Source of the DNA: a virus
Length of the DNA stretch: 64,000 bases
Strand: one strand, 5' to 3'
IMG/VR virus record: IMGVR_UViG_3300034683_000333
Shown: positions 34,605 through 42,232 of the stretch, in pieces
Numbering within the stretch: position 1 is the stretch's first letter
Layout: each line of letters begins with the position of its first letter
Notes under the pieces: model-generated
What the model saw: only the letters and a program-made list of their open reading frames with translations
Told to the model about the DNA's origin: nothing
Database searches by the model: none
Made by a program: the position numbers and the translations under genes

Positions 34605-35117
34605 TTATTCCTTTTTTCGGGGCCAAAGTCCAAGTACAAGAAGTCGGAAAAGACCCCATATTGTATATTTCTCAAACTGTTCACCTTGTTTCATGCTCGA
34701 AATTAACCAGCTATAATACTCCGGTTCGGATTCCTTGTATGCCATTTCGAAATATTCTTCTTGTGTAGGTACAGAAACATTAACGGGTTGATCATCAATT
34801 TCAATCACAACTTTAACAACTTCAAGCTCATTAGGTTTAAATGGATTTTGCGGCATTTGATAATGCGCTTTGTAATCTTCTGTGTTCGTTTGACGAACGT
34901 ATTCAGCATGATATGGATTATCGACCAACCATAGACCATAGTGGGGAGAATCAACAGCACCCGCCCCACTATTATCAATTACCAATTTGTGAACAACATC
35001 AGCACCGGAAAAATCATCTTCCCAATAACCTGGTGTTGTCTCAACAGACAAGAGCTTTTTAGCTATCTTGTGGCGTAATCCATACTTAATCAATTTTTCA
35101 CCCATGGTATACCCCAC
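34605..35117 (-). CDS. Hypothetical protein
   Basis: ORF track. SD upstream. Ends TAA. Confidence 0.6.
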   Translation of the reverse strand: MGYTMGEKLIKYGLRHKIAKKLLSVETTPGYWEDDFSGADVVHKLVIDNSGAGAVDSPHYGLWLVDNPYHAEYVRQTNTEDYKAHYQMPQNPFKPNELEVVKVVIEIDDQPVNVSVPTQEEYFEMAYKESEPEYYSWLISSMKQGEQFEKYTIWGLFRLLVLGLWPRKKE

Positions 35118-35132
35118 TTTCGATGCGGTAAC

Positions 35133-35280
35133 TCACCTATCCATTCGAAGATCTGCAAGTGCTTTAGTAAGATCCAAACTTGCCCTTCGAACAGCCGCAG
35201 TATACGAAAGAAAATTGTATGCTTCAAATTCTAATTTACTATCGGGAGATAGAGAAATTTTTTCTTCTTTAACGAAAAAT
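35133..35280 (-). pseudogene. 3' part of a small phage gene interrupted by the IscB element (ATG CC at 36853-36849)
   Basis: Removing 35281-36848 gives GGAGGAAG-ATG-CC|A-TTT-TTC-GTT..., which reads MPFFVKEEKISL...MDR and ends TGA. Confidence 0.7.
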
Positions 35281-35298
35281 GCGAGAAGTCTCCACCTT

Positions 35299-36606
35299 CT
35301 ATAAGGTGGAGATGAATCGCTCACAAATGTAGTTATTATTTCTGTACATCAGTTGTAGTTTTTTGGTATTTATTTGTTTGTATTTATCAGACAATTGCAA
35401 ATAATTACCATAGATGTCTTGTATATATACCCAATTGTTCGTAAAACCACTGATAAACCCTGTCTTATCGATGTCTGATATATATACTTTATCCCATAAA
35501 CACCATTTATTGCCGTTAACCACTATTTCCTTTGTATTCTTGCTGTTACGTTTTGCTTCTCTGTTTGGTTCTTTCCTGCCTTTACGTGGTATTTCTTCAT
35601 GCAGGCTTCTCTTCTTCTTACGAACCTGCTTTATATAGTACCACACGTTATCCTGCCATCTTGGTTTTATCCCTGCTATTGCTATAGCATCGTTTATATG
35701 CGACTTTTCCAATTTCCATTCCCTGCGTGTTCTTCTGGTATACAAACCAAATGTATATCCTGTAGGTGCTATTTTCTGCAACATCGGAACAAGATAATCT
35801 CTCAAAACATTCATGAATACTGTAGAACGAAAATCCTCGATTTTAGATGGTTCTTGTCCGGTAAATTGCTTGTAATTCATATTTCCTTTCGCTCTATTAT
35901 GTGCTTCACAACAACAAACTAGATTTGACGGATTGTCTGTCCCACCTTTGCTTCTTGGAATAATGTGGTCTACTGTCAATTTCCCTGAACATGGTATATC
36001 AGGTCTTAACTTGGCATAATGGCACTTAAAACCATCTCTGATTTTCACATATTCCTTAACACTGTCAAAACCATGCATTCTGCCTTTTTGATATTCTTCA
36101 CCATGAATGTTTGGATTGAGAATAGCCTGTATATCAAATCGTGCTACTTCTACTCTGATTTCTTTTATTGGAATTATCTGAGCAAGTTTTTTGATGAGAT
36201 TGTAGTGTGCTTCTACTCTTGCCCTTATAGATGGTGGTAACCATCCTTCTGGTCTTCTGCGGTTAAGAAATCTGGGTTTGCGATAACGTGTTTTCCTATT
36301 CCTTCTTGCTCTTCTGAGTCTGCGCCTTGTTTCTATATTTTCTTTTATATCCTGCCTCAACTCTACCTGTGCCTTGTAAATCACCCTGCCGTCTTCAGTT
36401 GTAACTGCTATACCGACATTTTTACTTCCTGCATCAATTCCCACTATGCACTTCTGCTTATATCCACTACTTCCATACAAAAGTTGAATCGTGAAAGGTT
36501 CTTTCTTAACCACTTTTGCTTTTCCCTGTTTCAACAGTTTTCTTGCTTTTGATGGTTTGCACGGCATAAGGGGTTTTCCATGCTTGTTAAGTACGAACAC
36601 TAACAA
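35299..36606 (-). CDS. iscB: IscB RNA-guided endonuclease (PLMP, RuvC, HNH)
   Basis: PLMP domain, RuvC-I GIDAGSK, Arg-rich bridge helix, RuvC-II VEVARFD, HNH DHIIPRSKGG..N..NLVCCCEAHN and RuvC-III HINDA. Ends TAG, or TAA 10 codons later under readthrough. Confidence 0.92.
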   Translation of the reverse strand: MLVFVLNKHGKPLMPCKPSKARKLLKQGKAKVVKKEPFTIQLLYGSSGYKQKCIVGIDAGSKNVGIAVTTEDGRVIYKAQVELRQDIKENIETRRRLRRARRNRKTRYRKPRFLNRRRPEGWLPPSIRARVEAHYNLIKKLAQIIPIKEIRVEVARFDIQAILNPNIHGEEYQKGRMHGFDSVKEYVKIRDGFKCHYAKLRPDIPCSGKLTVDHIIPRSKGGTDNPSNLVCCCEAHNRAKGNMNYKQFTGQEPSKIEDFRSTVFMNVLRDYLVPMLQKIAPTGYTFGLYTRRTRREWKLEKSHINDAIAIAGIKPRWQDNVWYYIKQVRKKKRSLHEEIPRKGRKEPNREAKRNSKNTKEIVVNGNKWCLWDKVYISDIDKTGFISGFTNNWVYIQDIYGNYLQLSDKYKQINTKKLQLMYRNNNYICERFISTL

Positions 36607-36848
36607 GAAGTGTTCCTCCTTTCGGAGTTATTTTGCCCATCCCCAATGTTAGACTGGCTTGTTATGCATGTACCACCGTCCCTACCCCTCAGGACTGTTT
36701 AGGTACATGCGACAGAGCATGGGACTTGGGCATCATCCCATGGTGTCATGACCAGCCTAACGTAGCCCGATGGCGTTTTAGCCCTGGCTGAGGGTAGTCA
36801 ACTAAGGCTTTTGCAAGCCTCCACCTCTATAGGTGGTGGGTAGTTGAC
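36607..36848 (-). ncRNA. IscB omegaRNA scaffold (5' guide from the flank, ...ATGTGGAGGAAGATGCC)
   Basis: Canonical GTCAACTACCC, GTTGACTACCCTCAG, CTACGTT and AACATTGG segments directly upstream of iscB. Confidence 0.85.
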
Positions 36849-36876
36849 GGCATCTTCCTCCACATAATTATCAAAA

Positions 36877-37200
36877 TCAATTAAGCTCTCCTAGCCATCG
36901 GATGTATTTCTCTAATTCTTTTTTGGCTTTAGTTTTTATAGTTTCAAATTCATCTCTACTATTAAGATATTTATTTCCGAAGTCTTTAACGATCAGACCA
37001 CGATTATTTACTGTAAATCGTAGTTTATGTTTGGTGGCGATATCTCCCAGTACATCGACTAAATCGGCTGAAGTGTAAATGGCAATCCTCAACGAGAACG
37101 GAGAAAGCCAATTGTCACCAAGTTCGTGTAAATCAATATAATAATCAATGCCCGATTTTGTGAGTTTATCAATAACTTCCCGAAAGGCCCTTTTTGTCAT
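36877..37200 (-). CDS. Hypothetical protein
   Basis: GGAG SD and ATG 37200 overlapping the upstream TGA. Ends TGA. Confidence 0.6.
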   Translation of the reverse strand: MTKRAFREVIDKLTKSGIDYYIDLHELGDNWLSPFSLRIAIYTSADLVDVLGDIATKHKLRFTVNNRGLIVKDFGNKYLNSRDEFETIKTKAKKELEKYIRWLGELN

Positions 37201-37733
37201 TGATTTTCTCCGTAAAACCCCCATTTAGTAAAAAAATGAAAGGCTTTATCGTAAGCATAAAGCGTATTTTTTTCCCATGTTTTGTAAATGGGTTTGTTTA
37301 TCAAACCATGACGTGGAAATTTATCTGTAGGGTCTGTTAGGTAAAATGAACGTACACTAACATTTACACCATCATAAAAAATAAGGTCGAACCAATCAAA
37401 TAAAACGAGACAAGCGTTAGAATATTTTTTGGAGTTAATGAGTGGATAGATGGGTGTCCCCAAATTTAGTCTTACATGTTGTGGAACCGTTGTTATTTCT
37501 TTTATCAAATACATTGGCACATTAATTTCAACACTTTGTTCTTGAATTGGCGCTGTAAGTTTTATAAGGCCGCCTCTCTCATATCTCATTTCGTATTTTG
37601 TTTTGGTATATGGTTCGTAGATACCGTCTTCTAAAATGTCAAAAAACTTTAATCCCATGAAATATTCTTTTGATTGAGTACACGCACTTGCGAAATAATA
37701 TTCTTTGATAGCTGGATGGATTTGATGACCCAT
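37197..37733 (-). CDS. Hypothetical protein
   Basis: ORF track. Start uncertain. Ends TGA. Confidence 0.55.
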   Translation of the reverse strand: MGHQIHPAIKEYYFASACTQSKEYFMGLKFFDILEDGIYEPYTKTKYEMRYERGGLIKLTAPIQEQSVEINVPMYLIKEITTVPQHVRLNLGTPIYPLINSKKYSNACLVLFDWFDLIFYDGVNVSVRSFYLTDPTDKFPRHGLINKPIYKTWEKNTLYAYDKAFHFFTKWGFYGENQ

Positions 37734-37769
37734 TGTGACTATCTCCGATTGATTGAAGAAAAACTAAAA

Positions 37770-37979
37770 TTATACACACTGCATAATATCATCGAGAACG
37801 CTAATGAGATATGTTACATAATTATAATTAAACTTAATGATATGATCAGAATCAATATATCCAAACTTTTTACAAATTTTCTTAAATTTGTTAAATCTCA
37901 TAATGGCAATCTCAATGTCATCGTTCACCGATTGGATCACACAATCAAGACTACTCATCCTACGGACCCCAATCTTCAA
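37770..37979 (-). CDS. Small hypothetical protein
   Basis: ORF track. Lies downstream of a sigma70-like promoter. Confidence 0.5.
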   Translation of the reverse strand: MKIGVRRMSSLDCVIQSVNDDIEIAIMRFNKFKKICKKFGYIDSDHIIKFNYNYVTYLISVLDDIMQCV

Positions 37980-37993
37980 TTCAAGTTTATGTT

Positions 37994-38022
37994 ACTATAA
38001 CGGAACGGACAGGATTAGTCAA
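37994..38022 (-). promoter_or_regulatory. sigma70-like early promoter
   Basis: TTGACT-N17-TATAGT on the minus strand. Confidence 0.65.
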
Positions 38023-38112
38023 TAAAAAAAATGCGCATATCTAAACAACAAAAATATCAATTTGAACTATATCGTCTCATTTTAATGTATAATTCCCTGC
38101 ATCCCATCTTGA

Positions 38113-38391
38113 TTAGGTGGTAAATGAGGAACACAAGGCCAACAATTGCCAAACATGAAAGTGCCCAAACAACAAATAACATAACCCAATAGAAAACAAA
38201 AAACAGTATCTTGGGCGGCCATAGCAAAAAATTTTCGATTTCATGTTATGCGAAATTTGTAATCTCCGATAAGCACCAGCAAGAACCCTCAATGCCCACG
38301 CCAAATCAAACTTATCATGTTTTTCACACGACTTGTTAAAATCATGTGGATCGATCGAATCAGCCAATTGCAATGCGTCTTTTGTGTTCAT
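38113..38391 (-). CDS. Small protein with a hydrophobic C-terminus
   Basis: GCGGAG SD. Ends TAA. Confidence 0.5.
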   Translation of the reverse strand: MNTKDALQLADSIDPHDFNKSCEKHDKFDLAWALRVLAGAYRRLQISHNMKSKIFCYGRPRYCFLFSIGLCYLLFGHFHVWQLLALCSSFTT

Positions 38392-38409
38392 AGTAACACC
38401 TCCGCATTT

Positions 38410-40605
38410 TTATTTTTCGGATGCCTTCCTACCACGCCTTTTCGGAAGAAATGCCTTGATCAAACTTTTTACAACAACATCACGCTTGGACTCGATCAAA
38501 GAATAGATGTTTTCTTCAATCGTTCCTTCAGCAATAAGATACCAAGCGTTGACCGTGTTCTTCTGTCCAATACGATGGCAACGATCTTCCGCTTGGTCGT
38601 GGGTCGCCGGGTTCCAGCCAAGCTCCACAAAGAGCACGTGGGATGCGGCAGTAAGCGTCAGACCAACACCAGCCGCCTTGAGCGAACAGATGATAAGGCG
38701 GCAATCGGGATCGTTTTGGAACGTGTCCACAGCCGCTTGACGATCCACGGAAGCATCATCGCCGAAAATATGGACGGGGTTGTAATCGGCAAACCGTTTG
38801 ATAAGCTCACGTCCGACTTCCCGATGATCCACAAAGACCACCAGCTTTTGGACCGATTCCAGAGTGTCGGAAATCCAATTACAAACCGATTCCATCTTAG
38901 CTTTGACGGCCAACTGCTTGAGCTTTTCAATCCTGACCAACGCTTCGGCCTGAAGGCTGTCATATGCTCGATCTTCTTCCCCACGCTTCGTGTATTCATC
39001 CACGAGCCACTTTTTGAAATTAGCAACGGCCTTGTTGTATTCACCCAGGGAAACACGAATGGGAATAACGGTTCGTTGCTTTTCGGGAAGCTCCGTCAAA
39101 ACATCGGCCTTCTCACGACGGATCATCACCGTGGCCCGGAGACGTTCTTGGAGTTCATCAAGGTTCGAAGCCCCGCTAAAATCCCACCCAAATCTGGTTT
39201 TGTAGGCATCACAGTAGCGCTTCGCAAAGTTAAAGAATCCACCAAATTCGTTGAGCTTTCCCAAAAACTCCAACTGAGTGGTAAGCTCAATCGGACGATT
39301 CACAATGGGGGTTCCCGTCAAACAGATCTTCACGGGGATCTTTTCCGAAAGCTCCAGACAAGCCTTGGAGCGAAGAGCCTTCTTATTCTTGATGTAGTGG
39401 CTTTCGTCCAATACAATCGCCTTGAAATCCACGTTCTTGAGATCGTCCATGCGGCGGTTCAAAAGATCGTAGGAAATGATGATCACATCCGCCGAATAAT
39501 CATTGTTTTTTCCATTGATTACCGAAATGGAGACACCAGGAATCCACCTCTTGAATTCACGCTCCCAATTGATCGTAAGCGAAGCCGGACAAACAACAAT
39601 ACACGGATAAGCTTTCTTTAGTGCAACCGTGCAAATTGCCTGGATCGTCTTACCCAATCCCATCTCATCGGCAATCAAGACGGCATCACGTTTGCTGGCA
39701 AAATAGACACCGGCATTCTGGAACGGACGAAGTGTTCCAGTAAATCCTGGAATATTCAAATCAACGTCAATTTCAACCATCTTACTTTCTTCGATGGCTT
39801 TTTTGGCCTCGGCAATTTTTTCGTCAATCACCCGATGAAGGTGATCAACACCATCAAAATCACCAACAACTTCATCAATCTTGTCCTTGGGGACATCCAT
39901 AACCTTTTCAAGTGTTGCGATCCATTTCTTGGTCTTTGGTTCAAATCGTGCCTTGAAGGTTTCCTTAATCGCATCCTTGAGATTGGGATCATAGGTAAAC
40001 GAAAAGATCACAGATTGTCCATCAATCGTGATACGACGATGGGGACGAATCGAGCGGGTTTTTTGAAGAATATCTTCCACCGTCGAATCGACGGCTACGA
40101 TTCCATTCGTCTTCACGGCATGGACGAATTTTTCAAAACCACGAACGGAATCAATAAAATTCGTGTCGATTTTCCACTGCTTCGTGTCCCAGTCAAATCG
40201 AGGCTTTGCATAGGATTTCAACATATCAATGAGAGTCTTGTCCTTGGGAATCCTAATCGAGATCACTTTTCCGTCAAAATCTGCAAAGACGGCCTTTTGG
40301 GGTTTGGGAGCACTCTTGGAAAGCTTCAACAACTTATTGTACTTTTTTTCAAGCCTTTCAAAGAGTTCGGGAAACTGGCCCTTGTACTTGATCAATCGGG
40401 AATAGATGTTTTGGATGGTTTCAAACGATTCATCCCAGACGGGGTTAAAATAGATTTGATTCATGAATCGAACATCATATTTGTTGAATCCACGCCCGTC
40501 TTCTGAAACGGCACCATCACAAACACCCTTCAGGTTCTCAATGATGACAACCATATCCGAGAAAACTTCCTGACAAAAATTGTGAAAATCTTTCATCATC
40601 AACAC
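38410..40605 (-). CDS. SNF2/SWI2-family (HARP-like) helicase/ATPase, 731 aa
   Basis: ADEMGLGKT (I), LDESH (II), LTGTP (III), GVGLTLT (V) and QAEDRCHRIGQ (VI). No TAG. Confidence 0.92.
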   Translation of the reverse strand: MLMMKDFHNFCQEVFSDMVVIIENLKGVCDGAVSEDGRGFNKYDVRFMNQIYFNPVWDESFETIQNIYSRLIKYKGQFPELFERLEKKYNKLLKLSKSAPKPQKAVFADFDGKVISIRIPKDKTLIDMLKSYAKPRFDWDTKQWKIDTNFIDSVRGFEKFVHAVKTNGIVAVDSTVEDILQKTRSIRPHRRITIDGQSVIFSFTYDPNLKDAIKETFKARFEPKTKKWIATLEKVMDVPKDKIDEVVGDFDGVDHLHRVIDEKIAEAKKAIEESKMVEIDVDLNIPGFTGTLRPFQNAGVYFASKRDAVLIADEMGLGKTIQAICTVALKKAYPCIVVCPASLTINWEREFKRWIPGVSISVINGKNNDYSADVIIISYDLLNRRMDDLKNVDFKAIVLDESHYIKNKKALRSKACLELSEKIPVKICLTGTPIVNRPIELTTQLEFLGKLNEFGGFFNFAKRYCDAYKTRFGWDFSGASNLDELQERLRATVMIRREKADVLTELPEKQRTVIPIRVSLGEYNKAVANFKKWLVDEYTKRGEEDRAYDSLQAEALVRIEKLKQLAVKAKMESVCNWISDTLESVQKLVVFVDHREVGRELIKRFADYNPVHIFGDDASVDRQAAVDTFQNDPDCRLIICSLKAAGVGLTLTAASHVLFVELGWNPATHDQAEDRCHRIGQKNTVNAWYLIAEGTIEENIYSLIESKRDVVVKSLIKAFLPKRRGRKASEK

Positions 40606-40626
40606 CCCCCTGTTTTGTTTGATTCT

Positions 40627-40656
40627 CTTATATCAAATTAAGGATGTGGTTGTCAA
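40627..40656 (-). promoter_or_regulatory. sigma70-like early promoter
   Basis: TTGACA-N18-TATAAG, with TGATATAAG as an extended -10. Confidence 0.7.
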
Positions 40657-40736
40657 TTAAAAAATGATATTATAGAGCATTTATTAAACTTTTATTAACC
40701 ATTCAATAAGTCATTAACAATTGTAAAAACAAAAAA

Positions 40737-40757
40737 GCCGGTCATTGTTAGACCGGC
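40737..40757 (-). terminator. Intrinsic terminator
   Basis: GCCGGTC-ATTGTTA-GACCGGC with a T run on the minus strand. Confidence 0.65.
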
Positions 40758-40775
40758 GAAAAGATGTTTTTTTTT

Positions 40776-41000
40776 TTATTTATTAAACTCTTTAACTGCA
40801 ACAACCGACCACTTGTGAAGTGCAGTTTCAAGTTTTCCCAATCTGCCAGAAGGCAAACGATAAAGTTTTTTATCTGCAACATACACGTGTTTTTTGAATT
40901 CTTTTAGTTTTTCTTTATATTCATTATTGAAAGCATACATTTCATGGAGAAGAAAAAGATCACGTGCCAGTACACTCACCATCTTTCTATCAACTTTCAT
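40776..41000 (-). CDS. Small basic hypothetical protein
   Basis: AGGAGG SD. Ends TAA. Confidence 0.55.
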   Translation of the reverse strand: MKVDRKMVSVLARDLFLLHEMYAFNNEYKEKLKEFKKHVYVADKKLYRLPSGRLGKLETALHKWSVVAVKEFNK

Positions 41001-41030
41001 GATTGGCCTCCTATTGTTCTTGTTGATAAT

Positions 41031-41060
41031 CTTATATCACATGAAATAAATGATTGTCAA
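41031..41060 (-). promoter_or_regulatory. sigma70-like early promoter
   Basis: TTGACA-N18-TATAAG, same architecture as 40627-40656. Confidence 0.65.
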
Positions 41061-41401
41061 GAATCCTCTTCCCAATCCATTAGAATGCGTTCCCACATTG
41101 GCATAATTCCTTTACGTTTCCATACATTACCACAATGATTACAAACAATGTGAACAACAATATATGCCATGTGAAGATCTGCCCCATCCATTCGAACATA
41201 ACCTGCAAGATACCCACATTTTTTGCACACAAAGTTCATTCCATCGGCAAATCTTGTGTCATCAAAAACTGGAAGAAATTTATTTGTAACATCGTCATAC
41301 CACCACACAACCCAATCGAGTTGATTGTAGAACCATTTAAATTTTTTGTATTCATCTATTTTAATAACTTTCTGTTGCATGGTTTTACTCTTAGTCATCA
41401 A
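41057..41401 (-). CDS. Zinc-ribbon protein
   Basis: CKKC and CNHCGNVW motifs. Ends TGA. Confidence 0.6.
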   Translation of the reverse strand: MMTKSKTMQQKVIKIDEYKKFKWFYNQLDWVVWWYDDVTNKFLPVFDDTRFADGMNFVCKKCGYLAGYVRMDGADLHMAYIVVHIVCNHCGNVWKRKGIMPMWERILMDWEEDS

Positions 41402-41687
41402 AAGATACGACTTTAATCAAATCGTCATTGAGCATTGTTGCCAACGCTTCAGTTTTTTCATTTGATTCAGTAATTTTAAGAAGAATGATTTTACCATGAA
41501 GAGATTGGATGTAAGAACAATTATAGGGAGTTTCGCATGTATAGACTTCATCACACATATTACAAGCTTCTTCAATGCAATACGGGCAACCTTTTTTGCT
41601 CAAATTCTTCAAAACATCTATGGCTAGCTTACCCTTTTCTGACTATACTTTTTCACAATTAGTACATTTAAACCATAAAATTTTCAC
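41391..41687 (-). CDS. Cys-rich zinc-binding protein, 1 in-frame TAG
   Basis: GTG 41687 overlaps the upstream TGA and has an AAGGAG SD. Reads MKILWFKCTNCEKV*SEKG...CPYC..ACNMC. Ends TAA. Confidence 0.6.
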
Positions 41688-42094
41688 GGCTCAGCTCCTT
41701 TCTTTTTACTATTTACTGTTAATATCATTTCAATTGGCGAATAAAATTGCTTGATTGTATCAATGGCATCATTAACATCAAACTCTTTACATGTATAAAT
41801 ATCAACACTAATAAATTGCAATTCCGGCTAAGTGTGCACACTACAAGAACATACGACCGTTCCGCTTAATCCGCAATCCGTTTCCGTGGCAATGGATTCA
41901 TAGGCATTGACCACTGGAACTTGAACAATAATCGGGGGGACTAACACACGCATTCCGATCCGCTTGGTCAACTCATTCATAAATTGGTGTAAATGATCGA
42001 TCTTACCGAGAAGAGTAGCATCGACTCCATAGCAGTCCACGCAAAGTCGCTGGCGAAACGGTCCAACACGATTGTAATCGATGCCGTAACTCAT
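41684..42094 (-). CDS. speD: S-adenosylmethionine decarboxylase proenzyme (SpeD/SpeH class)-like, 1 in-frame TAG
   Basis: GLSG..SVHT*PELQFISVDIYTCKEFD matches the family signature HTWPE..xxVDxFTC. AAAGGAG SD. Ends TGA 41684-41686. Confidence 0.75.
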
Positions 42095-42173
42095 TTTAGA
42101 TACTCCTTTCACGTCTCTCATCTAGTATATTTTTTGTGGTTTGTACTATTAGTATATTCTTTAATGACAAATA

Positions 42174-42182
42174 AACTAATTA
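42174..42182 (+). promoter_or_regulatory. Putative late-promoter motif AACTAATTA
   Basis: 51 nt upstream of ATG 42233. Confidence 0.6.
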
Positions 42183-42232
42183 AACAACACGGAAAAAACA
42201 ATACACAAAACATTTTTTTTACCGAGGGCGAC

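Larger units (their letters stand above)
35281..36848 (-). mobile_element. IS200/IS605-superfamily IscB element (omegaRNA, iscB, right-end hairpin), no tnpA
   Basis: Left end GTCAACTACCCACCACCTATAGAGGTGG. Right end GCGATTCATCTCCACCTTATAGAAGGTGGAGACTTCTCGC. Confidence 0.85.

Noticed and set aside
38317-39621. 434-aa plus-strand ORF
   Set aside because: Antisense shadow of the SNF2 gene, with no recognisable motifs or SD.
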